Assembly: GCA_002328025.1 (NCBI GenBank)
Contig: DCVE01000014.1
Location: forward strand, 5,882 to 69,881
Source of the DNA: Patescibacteria group bacterium UBA2196
Lineage (GTDB): Bacteria; Patescibacteriota; Patescibacteriia; UBA2196
DNA: 64,000 nt
Direction of reading: 5' to 3'
Shown: positions 43,753 to 53,577 of the stretch, piece after piece
Layout: every line of letters begins with the position of its first letter
How positions within the stretch are numbered: the stretch's first letter is position 1
Made by a program: the position numbers and the translations under genes
Notes under the pieces: generated by a model
Told to the model about the DNA's origin: nothing
Databases searched by the model: none
Seen by the model: only the letters and a program-made list of their open reading frames with translations

Positions 43753-44439
43753 ATGAAAAAGCAAATTGTAAAGAAGAAAGAGAAAAAAGTTGATTCTAAA
43801 ATTGAAAAAGGCAAAGCTTATTCAATTGAAGAAGGAATTAAACTTTTAAAAGAAAGTGTTAAAGCCAAGTTTGACGAATCCGTGGAGCTGCATTTGCATT
43901 TAGGAACCAATCCAGCCAAGGGTGAACAACAGGTTCGTTCCACCGTGGTTTTACCACATGGAACTGGCAAGACAAAAAAAATAGTTGTCTTTACTGAAAA
44001 TGACAAAGAAGCTTTGGAAGCCGGCGCTGATTTGGCGGGTGGCAAAGAATTGATTGATAAAATTAAAGCCACTGGTGTTGTTGATTTTGAAGTGGCAGTG
44101 TCCACACCAGCCATGATGAAAGAGTTGGCTCAAATTGCAAAAATTTTAGGTCCTCGAGGTTTAATGCCCAGTCCAAAAAACGAAACCGTTACGACCAATA
44201 TCAAAAAAGTGGTGGCTGAATTAAAAGGTGGCAAAGTGGCTTTTAAAAGTGATGAAACTTCCAATATTCATCAAATGATTGGCAAGGTTTCTTGGTCAGA
44301 AGATAAAATTAAAGAAAACATTCAATTTTTTACAGAAGCTGTAAAAAAGGCCAAGCCGGCCGGCGTAAAAGGTGATTATATAAAAAACGTGGTTTTGTGT
44401 TCCACCATGGGACCTGGCATCAAGCTTGATATTAGATAA
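43753..44439 (+). CDS. rplA: 50S ribosomal protein L1
   Basis: typical L1 sequence; start moved to MKKQIV. Confidence 0.9.
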   Translation: MKKQIVKKKEKKVDSKIEKGKAYSIEEGIKLLKESVKAKFDESVELHLHLGTNPAKGEQQVRSTVVLPHGTGKTKKIVVFTENDKEALEAGADLAGGKELIDKIKATGVVDFEVAVSTPAMMKELAQIAKILGPRGLMPSPKNETVTTNIKKVVAELKGGKVAFKSDETSNIHQMIGKVSWSEDKIKENIQFFTEAVKKAKPAGVKGDYIKNVVLCSTMGPGIKLDIR

Positions 44440-44509
44440 AATATATTTTTTATTAAAAAACTGTTTCGTGATAATTGCGGAGCGGTTTTTTATTTGTTAT
44501 ACTTAAGTC

Positions 44510-45925
44510 ATGAGGAAGGTAATTTTAATTTGTTTCGCTATTATACTTGTTTTTACTGCGGTATTTTTTTGGTCTGCAAAAACCAAGGCTGTTGTTGAAA
44601 ACTCGGTCATTAAAATTTTTAGTACCAAGACCGGCGCATTAGAAAGCGCCATCGCCATTAAAGATATTCGTCCCAACTATTCTTTTGCTTTGGTTGATTT
44701 GGGTGGCGACGGACAAAAAGAAATTTTAATTGGTGCTGGCACTGATATGGAACCAGTTGTAAAAATCTATCGGGCTGATGGCTCGTTAATCAATAGTTTT
44801 TTGGCTTATGCCCAAAATTTTAAAGGCGGTGTCAATGTTTCGGCTTGTAATTTTGATAATGATAATTTGGATGAAATTTTAACCAGTCCGTTTCGCAACG
44901 GTTCGGCACATATCAGAATTTTTGATGGCTATGGTCATCCAAAGATTAATGCTGGTTTTTTTGCTTTTGATAAAAAAGAAACCACCGGCGCTCAAAGCGT
45001 GTGTGCTGATGTAAATGGCGACAAAATTGATGAGATTATTGTGGTGGGGGTTGAAAAGAATGTTCGTGAGATTAGAGTTTTTGATGTCAGTGGTAAATTA
45101 TTAAGTAAAAATAAAATAGATTTTATCGGTAACGATATCAGTTTGGCCAGCCTTGATTTGGGCGGCGATGGTATTGAAGAAATACTCGTCGCTGGTGGAC
45201 GTGGTGACCAACCGTTAATAAAAATATTTCGTGGCGACTTAAGTTTGGTTAATGAATTTTTGGGCTATGAAGATAAAAATTTTAAGATGGGGTTGTCTGT
45301 TTTTGGCGCTGATGTTGACAATGATGGCAAAGGAGAAATTATAGTCACCCCGGGTGTTGGTGGTAAAGCACAAATTAAAATTTTTGATGGTTATGGTAAT
45401 TTAAAAAATACTAATCTGGACATTATTTTTGCGGATAAATTTTTAGGTGGTTTAAAGGTGGCAGTCGGCGATTTGGATGGTGATTTGGAGTTGGAATTTA
45501 TCACTGTACCCAAAAGTTTGCCAGTTGGTAAAACAGATCTTTATAAATATATTGATGTTGATGTCAGTGAACAACGTTTTCGATATTATCAAAACGGTTA
45601 TTTGGTTGATGATTTACAAACTTCCACCGGCAAACCATCTACACCCACCAGATTGGGAGAATTTACAGCTTTTTCAAAATATGAAATGGCTTATGGTGGA
45701 GCCGACGGACAAAGATGGGGTATGCCATATTTTATTGGTTTTTATAAATCCGGTTCACTGGAAAATGGTATTCATGAGCTGCCCTTTCTTGGTGGACGAC
45801 GCGAAGGTGAGCGCAGTTTGGGTATCGCGGTTTCGCATGGTTGTGTGCGTTTGGGTATTGGCCGAGCCAGAGAAGTTTATGATTGGTTAGAAATTAATAA
45901 AACTAAAGTTTTTGTTCATAAATAA
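44510..45925 (+). CDS. L,D-transpeptidase (YkuD domain) with N-terminal FG-GAP/VCBS-like repeats
   Basis: repeats DLGGDG.EEIL / DVNGDKIDEI / DVDNDGKGEI; C-terminal catalytic SHGCVRL. Confidence 0.8.
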   Translation: MRKVILICFAIILVFTAVFFWSAKTKAVVENSVIKIFSTKTGALESAIAIKDIRPNYSFALVDLGGDGQKEILIGAGTDMEPVVKIYRADGSLINSFLAYAQNFKGGVNVSACNFDNDNLDEILTSPFRNGSAHIRIFDGYGHPKINAGFFAFDKKETTGAQSVCADVNGDKIDEIIVVGVEKNVREIRVFDVSGKLLSKNKIDFIGNDISLASLDLGGDGIEEILVAGGRGDQPLIKIFRGDLSLVNEFLGYEDKNFKMGLSVFGADVDNDGKGEIIVTPGVGGKAQIKIFDGYGNLKNTNLDIIFADKFLGGLKVAVGDLDGDLELEFITVPKSLPVGKTDLYKYIDVDVSEQRFRYYQNGYLVDDLQTSTGKPSTPTRLGEFTAFSKYEMAYGGADGQRWGMPYFIGFYKSGSLENGIHELPFLGGRREGERSLGIAVSHGCVRLGIGRAREVYDWLEINKTKVFVHK

Positions 45926-45936
45926 AATATTAAAAT

Positions 45937-46506
45937 ATGTTAAATAAAAAATTTATCCAGAAATTAAAAAAAGATTATGAAAAACAAGAAGGCGAGCGAC
46001 GGCAGATAATCGCTTTGTCTAATGATGTTTTGCATGCTTCAAAAAGAGTTATTTTTTCTTTACATCGTTTTGAAATACAACCAGCCGGGGAGAGTTTAAA
46101 AAACATTGAAAAAACTTTTTTAGCTTTAAAAAAGAAATTTGGTTTGGAAAGGTTAAACGTGGAAGGTTCTTACAAAGCCGGAGTGGAAGAATATGTGGAG
46201 GCCAAAATGTTTTATTTATTTATGACTGGTGCTAAGATTGATGCTATTAAGGGCCTAGATTTGAGCCTAGAAGGCTATTTGGGCGGCATTTGTGACCTAA
46301 CTGGTGAATTAGTTCGTTTGGCCACCAATCTGGCAGCTGACGGCAAAATTGTGGAAGCCAAGAAAATTAAGTCCACCATTGTTGCGGTCCTAGCTGAACT
46401 GGTGGGTTTTGATCTAACCGGCTATTTACGCACTAAATATGATCAAGCCAAAACTAATTTGCGCAAAATTGAACAGATTAATTACGAACTAAGTTTAAGA
46501 AAATAA
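45937..46506 (+). CDS. hypothetical helical protein (possibly translin-like)
   Basis: GGICDLTGELVR segment; weak. Confidence 0.25.
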   Translation: MLNKKFIQKLKKDYEKQEGERRQIIALSNDVLHASKRVIFSLHRFEIQPAGESLKNIEKTFLALKKKFGLERLNVEGSYKAGVEEYVEAKMFYLFMTGAKIDAIKGLDLSLEGYLGGICDLTGELVRLATNLAADGKIVEAKKIKSTIVAVLAELVGFDLTGYLRTKYDQAKTNLRKIEQINYELSLRK

Positions 46507-46518
46507 ATTTTAAATAAT

Positions 46519-47052
46519 ATGACAGAAGAACGTCAACATTATCGACCCTCTTGGGATGATTATTTTATGGCCATCGCTAAAATTATTGCAAGTCGCGGCA
46601 CTTGCGATCGTCTTTATTCTGGTGCGGTGCTTGTGAAAAACAATCGAATTATTTCCACTGGTTATAATGGTTCTCCGCCAAATTTGCCACACTGCCATGA
46701 CGTGGGTCATTTATTAGAAGACGCACACTGTGTGCGTACAATTCATGGTGAACACAATGCATTATTGCAAGCAGCGGTTCAAGGCGGAACAAGCACCACC
46801 GATTCCACACTTTATACCAAATATAGCCCTTGTATTCATTGTGCTAAATATATTGTAGCTTGTGGAATTAAGCGTGTGGTAATGGCTAGAGTTTATCGTA
46901 ATAATCAAGCGGTAGATTATCTAAAAAGTGTTGGTATCCAGGTGGATATTTATCAGGAAAATATAAAATGGCACGACGAAATTATTCAAATTTTTGATGA
47001 AGATATTCCAGAAAGAGTTAATGAAGGAACTGTTAAATTAGAAATCAACTAA
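46519..47052 (+). CDS. dCMP deaminase (ComEB-like)
   Basis: HGEHNAL and YSPCIHCAKYI zinc-binding motifs. Confidence 0.8.
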   Translation: MTEERQHYRPSWDDYFMAIAKIIASRGTCDRLYSGAVLVKNNRIISTGYNGSPPNLPHCHDVGHLLEDAHCVRTIHGEHNALLQAAVQGGTSTTDSTLYTKYSPCIHCAKYIVACGIKRVVMARVYRNNQAVDYLKSVGIQVDIYQENIKWHDEIIQIFDEDIPERVNEGTVKLEIN

Positions 47053-47055
47053 AAT

Positions 47056-47628
47056 ATGAATGATAATAAACAAATTATTATTGGCATTACCGGTACACTT
47101 GGTGCTGGTAAGGGTACTGTTGTTGATTATTTAAAGACAAAAGGTTTTAAACATTATTCAGTTAGAAATTTTTTAATGGAAGAAATAAAAAAAAGAAACT
47201 TACCGATTAATCGAGACAGTATGGTAATAGTAGCCAATGATTTAAGAGAAAAAAAATATCCAGGCTATATTGTAGAGTGTCTTTATCAAAAAGCCAAAGA
47301 AAATTATGATAATGCAATTATTGAAAGTATTAGAAATTTGGGTGAAATAGAAACTCTTAAAAACAAAGGAAATTTTTATTTATTCGCAGTAGACGCTGAT
47401 CCAAAAATCAGATATTCTAGAATTGTCGGTAGAAAAAGCGAGACTGATAAAATCAGTTTTGAAAAATTTTTAGAAGATGAAAAAAAAGAAATAAACAACA
47501 CAGAGGCACACACACAAAATTTGAGTGCTTGTATAAAAAAAGCTGATTTTTTATTAGATAATAATACTACTCTTGACGACTTGCATATACAAATTGAAAA
47601 AATATTAGAAAAAATAATTGCAGATTAA
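47056..47628 (+). CDS. P-loop nucleoside monophosphate kinase-like protein
   Basis: GITGTLGAGKGT P-loop of the adenylate/cytidylate-kinase type. Confidence 0.5.
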   Translation: MNDNKQIIIGITGTLGAGKGTVVDYLKTKGFKHYSVRNFLMEEIKKRNLPINRDSMVIVANDLREKKYPGYIVECLYQKAKENYDNAIIESIRNLGEIETLKNKGNFYLFAVDADPKIRYSRIVGRKSETDKISFEKFLEDEKKEINNTEAHTQNLSACIKKADFLLDNNTTLDDLHIQIEKILEKIIAD

Positions 47629-47642
47629 ATCAAAAGAAAGTT

Positions 47643-48362
47643 ATGAGAAAAAATATTTTAATCACAGGTATGCCAAGAAGTGGTAAATCCACAATTCTAA
47701 AAAAAATAATTAAAAAATATGATAGAAAGGTTGGTTTTGTTACTGATGAAGTTCGAGAAAATGGAGAAAGAGTTGGGTTTCAAATAGAAACACATACTGG
47801 AGAAAAAACCATGCTTGCAAATATAAATTTTAAAACCAACTTTAAAGTTTCAAGATATTTTGTTGATGTTAATAATCTTGATCAGGTAATCCCAAAAGTT
47901 TCTGTGTTTAATAATGATGATTTATTATTTCTTGATGAAATCGGTCAAATGGAATTATTTTCAGAAAAATTTAAAAATCTTGTTTACGAGTATCTAGATT
48001 CTTCAAATGTTTGTATCGCAACTTTATCTAAGATATTTAGTGATGCATTTACTGAAAAAATAAAAAACAGAGATGATGTAATTATTGTTGAAATAAATGA
48101 AGAGACTCGTGATGTGAAAGAAAAGTATCTTGAAATCTTATTAACAAAAATTTTAAAGGCAAAAAGATACATTTCCGATTTAGAAAGATTTATGGTTAAC
48201 CAAAATGAGGCAAACATGGTTACAGATCATGGAACTAGAAAATTAACAAAACAAAAAGAAGGATGGATTTGTGATTGTGATTTTTTTCTAGAAAATGATA
48301 TCTGTAGTCATGTTATTGCACTCAACGAATATCAAAAAATCATCAATGAACCTCAAAATTAA
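47643..48362 (+). CDS. THEP1-like NTPase fused to a C-terminal SWIM-type zinc finger
   Basis: ILITGMPRSGKST...GFVTDEVRENGERVGFQI...FLDEIGQMEL; C-terminal CDCDFF...CSHVIAL. Confidence 0.6.
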   Translation: MRKNILITGMPRSGKSTILKKIIKKYDRKVGFVTDEVRENGERVGFQIETHTGEKTMLANINFKTNFKVSRYFVDVNNLDQVIPKVSVFNNDDLLFLDEIGQMELFSEKFKNLVYEYLDSSNVCIATLSKIFSDAFTEKIKNRDDVIIVEINEETRDVKEKYLEILLTKILKAKRYISDLERFMVNQNEANMVTDHGTRKLTKQKEGWICDCDFFLENDICSHVIALNEYQKIINEPQN

Positions 48363-48768
48363 AAAAATCTATTCCGACGCACACCTGCCAACTTATGGCC
48401 GACCTGGCGATGCTGGTATGGATTTATATTCTTATGAAGAAAAAGAATTATTGCCTGGCGAAAGATACACCTTTAAAACCGGTGTGGCAATTGAAGTTCC
48501 AACTGGTTTTGTAATGTTAATTTGGGACAGATCTGGGTTGCCCATTAAACACGGTTTAACAACTCTGGCCGGTGTGATTGATTCAAATTTTAGGGGTGAA
48601 ATTGGTGTCTGTATTTTAAACACTGGCCAAGAAAAATATTTTGTCCACAAAAACGATCGCATTGCGCAGTTTTTAATTCAAAAAATTGAACCACTAGAAA
48701 TCATTGAAGTTAATGAATTATCCACTACTGATAGGGGAGAAAATTGGCAGGCTTCCAGTGGCTATTGA
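48347..48768 (+). CDS. dut: dUTP diphosphatase
   Basis: GRPGDAGMDLYS, RSGL, IDSNFRGEI. Confidence 0.85.
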
Positions 48769-49030
48769 TAATTTTTTAAAATAGATTAAGATAAAACAAA
48801 ACAAACTCACAATTTAAGGCTGGAGGGAAAGAAAGTGCGCAGAAAAAATATTGACCTAGATGTGGGGAGCGCAAACTTAGAGTTGAGAAACAGGTTTGTG
48901 CTAACCACGATTGGTTTCAGGTGGCATACATCTGCTTGTCAGGAGGGTATTTTTCCCGTCATTTTTTTCAACCCGAAAAGCATACTCTTATGCCTTTCAT
49001 TTTTTTTTCATTATGTTAAAATATAAATAT

Positions 49031-50539
49031 ATGAAAAATCAAAATTATCAACCCACCATTGGCCTAGAAATCCATGTTGAATTAAAAACCAAAACTAAAA
49101 TGTTTTGCGCTTGTTTAAATGAAACCTGGAAAATTGGTCAAGAAGAACTTTTGCCCAATAAAAATATTTGTCCGGTTTGTATGGGTCATCCCGGCACCTT
49201 GCCAGCCATTAATAAAGAAGCTGTAAAAATGGTCATCAAAACTGGTCTGGCTTTAAATTCCACTATTGCGGAAAAATCCAAATTTGATCGTAAACAATAT
49301 TTTTATCCTGATTTACCCAAGGGTTATCAAATTTCTCAATATGACCAACCTTTGTGTAGCGGTGGCGAATTAGAAATTAATGGCAAAAAAATTGGTATCA
49401 CCCGCATTCACTTAGAAGAAGATACTGGCAAGCTTTCACACAGCACTGCTGCCACATTAATTGATTATAATCGGGCTGGCGTGCCATTAATGGAATTGGT
49501 CACCGAGCCGGACATTAACTCGGCTCTGGAAGCCAAAGAATTTTGTCAGGAATTGCAGCTCATTTTAAGAGAGCTGGAAGTTTCCGACGCTGATATGGAA
49601 AAAGGGCAGATGCGCTGTGAAGTCAACATTTCTTTAAGTGCAACCAAAGAGCTGGGCACCAAAGTTGAAATTAAAAATTTAAATTCTTTTCGATCTGTAG
49701 AAAGAGCTGTTAATTACGAAATTGAAAGACAGACAAAAGCCTTGGAGAGCGGGGAAAAAATTATGCAGGAAACGCGTGGTTGGAATGATACAAAACAAGA
49801 AACTTACACACAACGCGTTAAAGAAGGCTCGGCTGACTATCGCTATTTTCCAGAACCCGATTTGCCGCCTTTGGATTTTTCACAAGATTCTGAAATTGAT
49901 TTAGCGGCTCTAAAAAATAGTTTACCCGAATTGCCGGCTCAAAAACGAGCGCGTTTTATGAACGCCGAAACTGGTTTTAATGCGGCTGATGCCAAAATTT
50001 TAATGAGTGATCCGCTGTTGGCTGATTATGTGGAGCAGGTGATTTCTGAACTAAAAATTTGGTTAAAAGACTCAGGTGTTTTTGAAGGTACGGAAGAAGA
50101 AATTTGGCTTGAAAATAAAGATAAAGTTAATAAATTGGTGACCGGTTGGTTGTTTAGTAAATTGGGTGGTTTATTGACCGCTCGTAAATTGGGCTGGAAT
50201 CAAAACACCATCAGCGCTGAAAATTTTGCCGAATTTATTACCATGCTTTTTACTCGTCAGGTCTCCACCAAAAACGCCAATCTGTTATTGGAAAGAATGT
50301 TGGAAACCGGTGGCGATCCGTCTAATATTTTGGTAGATGAAAACTTAAATCAAAGTGATGACTTTAATTTAGCAGCAGTTGTGGACGGTGTTATAAACAC
50401 CAATCCAGCGCAAGTACAAGAATTTAAAGCCGGCAAAAGTGTTTTAATTAAATTTTTTCTAGGTGCCGTGATGAAAGAATCCAAAGGCCAAGCCGATCCA
50501 GTTGAAGCCGAAAATATGCTTTTACAAAAACTGAGTTAA
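49031..50539 (+). CDS. gatB: Asp-tRNA(Asn)/Glu-tRNA(Gln) amidotransferase subunit B
   Basis: PTIGLEIHVELKTKTKMFCAC; start placed at MKNQNYQ. Confidence 0.9.
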   Translation: MKNQNYQPTIGLEIHVELKTKTKMFCACLNETWKIGQEELLPNKNICPVCMGHPGTLPAINKEAVKMVIKTGLALNSTIAEKSKFDRKQYFYPDLPKGYQISQYDQPLCSGGELEINGKKIGITRIHLEEDTGKLSHSTAATLIDYNRAGVPLMELVTEPDINSALEAKEFCQELQLILRELEVSDADMEKGQMRCEVNISLSATKELGTKVEIKNLNSFRSVERAVNYEIERQTKALESGEKIMQETRGWNDTKQETYTQRVKEGSADYRYFPEPDLPPLDFSQDSEIDLAALKNSLPELPAQKRARFMNAETGFNAADAKILMSDPLLADYVEQVISELKIWLKDSGVFEGTEEEIWLENKDKVNKLVTGWLFSKLGGLLTARKLGWNQNTISAENFAEFITMLFTRQVSTKNANLLLERMLETGGDPSNILVDENLNQSDDFNLAAVVDGVINTNPAQVQEFKAGKSVLIKFFLGAVMKESKGQADPVEAENMLLQKLS

Positions 50540-50541
50540 AA

Positions 50542-51459
50542 TTATAAAAATTTTTTGACCGTCTTTTCTGCCGCGCCATAATTTTTTATCCACTTAATAT
50601 TTTTATTGCGAGAAAACCAGGTCATCTGACGTTTGGCAAATTGGTGAGTATGAATTTTTATTAGTTCTGCGGCTTGTTCCAAAGTCGTTTTTTTGTTTAA
50701 GTGGTCAACCATTTCTTTATAGCCAATGGTTTCTAAAGGCACGGCAGTTAAGCCGTATTTTTTAATTATTTTTTTTGTTTCTTCAACCAAACCGTCTTTT
50801 AACATTTGATCTACCCGCTGGTTTATTCTTTCTTTTATTAGCTGTCTTTCAATTTTAATTCCAATTTGCAAGACATTAAATATTGATTCTTTTTTTTGTC
50901 TTAATTCTGAAAATTTATAACCAGCCAAACAAACTTCTAATGCTCGGTCAACTCGGCGCGGATTTTTTAAATCCATAAATTGTAAACTGGCTGGATCCAT
51001 TTTTTTTAATAATTTTACTTTGTCTACCAGAGTCATGCTGGTCATTTTTTTTCTGACTTTAAAATCTGGTTTAATTTTTGGGATGTCATAATTATCAACA
51101 ATAGCTGAAATATATAGGCCAGTGCCACCAACCACAATGGGTAGTTTGCCGCGTTTCAAAATACCTTGGATTGTTTTTAGGGCTAATTTTTTATACTTGG
51201 CCACATTAAATTTTTGATTTGGATTTATAACATCAATTAGGTGATGGGGGATAGTTATTTTATTTTGTTGGTAATCTTTTAAATCTTTGCCAGTTCCAAT
51301 ATCCATTTCACGATAAACCTGCCGACTGTCAGCTGAAATTATTTCACCATTAAACCGCTGAGCCAGTTTAACTGCCAATTTGGTTTTTCCACTGGCCGTT
51401 GGCCCCACAATAACGACTATTTTGGCTAATTTGTGCTTGTTTTTAGTTAAACTTGACAT
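50542..51459 (-). CDS. miaA: tRNA dimethylallyltransferase
   Basis: IVIVGPTASGKT, IISADSRQVY. Confidence 0.9.
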   Translation of the reverse strand: MSSLTKNKHKLAKIVVIVGPTASGKTKLAVKLAQRFNGEIISADSRQVYREMDIGTGKDLKDYQQNKITIPHHLIDVINPNQKFNVAKYKKLALKTIQGILKRGKLPIVVGGTGLYISAIVDNYDIPKIKPDFKVRKKMTSMTLVDKVKLLKKMDPASLQFMDLKNPRRVDRALEVCLAGYKFSELRQKKESIFNVLQIGIKIERQLIKERINQRVDQMLKDGLVEETKKIIKKYGLTAVPLETIGYKEMVDHLNKKTTLEQAAELIKIHTHQFAKRQMTWFSRNKNIKWIKNYGAAEKTVKKFL

Positions 51460-51512
51460 AACTGTTTTAGGTTTGTGGGCTTGTCAGTCACACTGGCAAG
51501 CTTTTTTTATTT

Positions 51513-52787
51513 TTAAATTATTTCTCCCTCCAGATTCCAAACATTAGCTTTGGTAATTTTTACTTTAACAAAATTGCCCATTAACTTTTTACTATTATCT
51601 TTGGTGCTACCATTAATTTTAATTCTTTTAAAGTTTTTGGTTTTACCAAAAATTAACGCGTTGTCTTTTATTGTGTCTATCAGAACTTCGGTTTCTTGCC
51701 CCAACATTTTTTGGTTATTTTTCAAAGTGGTCTTTTTTAAAATTTCATTTAAAATATTTTTACGTTGTTCTTTTTCTTGTTTACTAATATTGTCTTTTAG
51801 TTTTGACGCCGCGGTGTGTGGACGCGCTGAGTAGGCGGCCAAATAGGCCATATCAAATTTTATTTTTTCCATGGCTTTAATTGTGGCTAAAAAATCTTTT
51901 TTTGTTTCGTTCGGAAAGCCGCTAATTATGTCGGTTGAAATGGTTAGATGCGGATTAACAAAATTATTTTTTCGAATTTTTTTTATCAATTTTTCATAAT
52001 GCGCCACAGTATATTTTCTGTTCATCATTTTTAAAATTTTATTAGAGCCGGACTGCAAAGGCAGGTGTAAATAGGGAACCAGGTGTTTACATTCAGCAAA
52101 ACAATTTATTAATTCATCTGACATGTCTTTGGGGTGCGAGGTTAAAAAAGATAGCCAGTAGTTGCCAGGAATTTTATCAATCTTTTTTAGGAGCTGAACA
52201 AAATTTATTTTTTTTGTTTTTTGTCGGCCGTCATAAGAATTTACGTTTTGACCTAATAAAATTATTTCTTTAACTCCTTGAACAATTAATTTGTTCACCT
52301 CACATAAAATTTCTTTTGCTGGTCTAGAATATTCTCGTCCGCGCGTAAAGGGCACGGCGCAATAAGTACAAAAATTATTACAACCCGTCATGATTGGCAC
52401 ACAAGCTGAAAACTTGGAGGTATAATTTGGTAAAATAGAAAAATAATCTTTTGGTTTTTTTATGCTTATTTTTTTATTTTTTTGAATTTTTTGTGGCCAG
52501 TTGGTCAAGTCTTTGATATCTAAAATTAAATATTTTTTTTCATTAAATTTTTTCTTGTCTTTTGGTAAAATGCAGCCGGTTAAAATAACGGTTTTATCTT
52601 TCGTTTTTCTCAACATTCCCCACACGCGATCAACGGCTGTTTGTCTAACCGAACACAAATTAAAAATTAAAAAATCGGCTTTGTTTTGATCAGCATTTTT
52701 TAAACCCATCTCGTTCATTACAGAAGCGATGCGCTCTGAATCAGAGATGTTCATTTGGCAGCCAAAAGTGGTAATGTTGTAAGTCAT
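51513..52787 (-). CDS. miaB: tRNA-i6A37 methylthiotransferase (radical SAM MTTase)
   Basis: TFGCQMN, CNNFCTYCAVP, TRAM C-terminus. Confidence 0.9.
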   Translation of the reverse strand: MTYNITTFGCQMNISDSERIASVMNEMGLKNADQNKADFLIFNLCSVRQTAVDRVWGMLRKTKDKTVILTGCILPKDKKKFNEKKYLILDIKDLTNWPQKIQKNKKISIKKPKDYFSILPNYTSKFSACVPIMTGCNNFCTYCAVPFTRGREYSRPAKEILCEVNKLIVQGVKEIILLGQNVNSYDGRQKTKKINFVQLLKKIDKIPGNYWLSFLTSHPKDMSDELINCFAECKHLVPYLHLPLQSGSNKILKMMNRKYTVAHYEKLIKKIRKNNFVNPHLTISTDIISGFPNETKKDFLATIKAMEKIKFDMAYLAAYSARPHTAASKLKDNISKQEKEQRKNILNEILKKTTLKNNQKMLGQETEVLIDTIKDNALIFGKTKNFKRIKINGSTKDNSKKLMGNFVKVKITKANVWNLEGEII

Positions 52788-53205
52788 AAGATTAAAATAA
52801 TCTTAACATATTGGCTTAAAAAAACAAAAACACTTCGTTTTTTCAGAAGTGCTTTGATTTTTGTTTTGGTTTTTTTTAAAGAGCAGGGGACTAACTATAT
52901 TAAATAGTTTTTATGGGGTAACACAATTATTTTAGACGCCTTGTGTGTGGCGTTTTAATGACCCCCAAAAAACTTAATTACTCAATAAAAAAACAGTCGA
53001 CACCAGAAAAATTGCGACTGCCACATAAAAATAAGACTTTATTAGTTTATCGGTTCTTTTGTCAATAAAAAAACCTGAATTGCTGGTTTCTTGTTTATAC
53101 ATATTTTTATTTTTGTTTTTATTTTAACTAACAAATTAAGTATAGCACACTTTTTTACAAAAGTCAATCAAAATAGGTAATTTTTATGCACATTACCCTT
53201 TTCTA

Positions 53206-53234
53206 TTGACAAGAATTAGTTTTTGTAATACACT
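53206..53234 (+). promoter_or_regulatory. candidate promoter for the radical SAM island
   Basis: TTGACA at 53206-53211 with TAcAcT/TAATAC -10 candidates 14-17 nt downstream. Confidence 0.25.
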
Positions 53235-53318
53235 TTTTAAATAAAATTTAAAAAATACCTTTAAAAGCACAGAATATAAATAATAAAGATAAAGGGTATT
53301 ATTAGTTGGAGGTTACAG

Positions 53319-53558
53319 ATGGACAGACAAGATATTCTCACTCGGGCAAAAAAAATATGCCCGGCAGATTTAGAGCCAAGCACAATTGCTCGACGCCTCA
53401 ATAGGGAATTTGAACTTGAACTGGCTGCAGCTCAAGGCATCATGTTCCGATTGAAACCGGATCTTTTTGCGGGAATAAAAAATGTTCAACAAGTTATCGT
53501 GATATTGCTCGATCTGCTTGATGTCGAGTTAACCCACGACAAGCCAGGTTGGCCATAA
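53319..53558 (+). CDS. 79-aa protein ending ...LTHDKPGWP; candidate long-leader precursor peptide of the rSAM island
   Basis: GGAGG RBS 7 nt upstream; C-terminal THDKPGW shared with the downstream 38-aa ORF; elevated GC. Confidence 0.4.
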   Translation: MDRQDILTRAKKICPADLEPSTIARRLNREFELELAAAQGIMFRLKPDLFAGIKNVQQVIVILLDLLDVELTHDKPGWP

Positions 53559-53577
53559 ATCAGAATAGGAGGGGAGT

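Noticed and set aside
51460-51512. Hairpin + T-run (gcttgtcag...tggcaagc ttttttattttt) between miaA and miaB read as a + strand terminator
   Set aside because: Both flanking genes are on the minus strand and nothing on the + strand ends here. On the minus strand the hairpin is preceded, not followed, by the U-run. It is probably incidental or a weak bidirectional element, so it is not listed as a feature.
52981-53100. 40-aa minus-strand ORF (MYKQETSNSGFFIDKRTDKLIKSYFYVAVAIFLVSTVFLLS) upstream of the rSAM island
   Set aside because: No RBS and AT-rich, and it overlaps the likely miaB promoter region. Insufficient support, though a tiny membrane peptide cannot be excluded.
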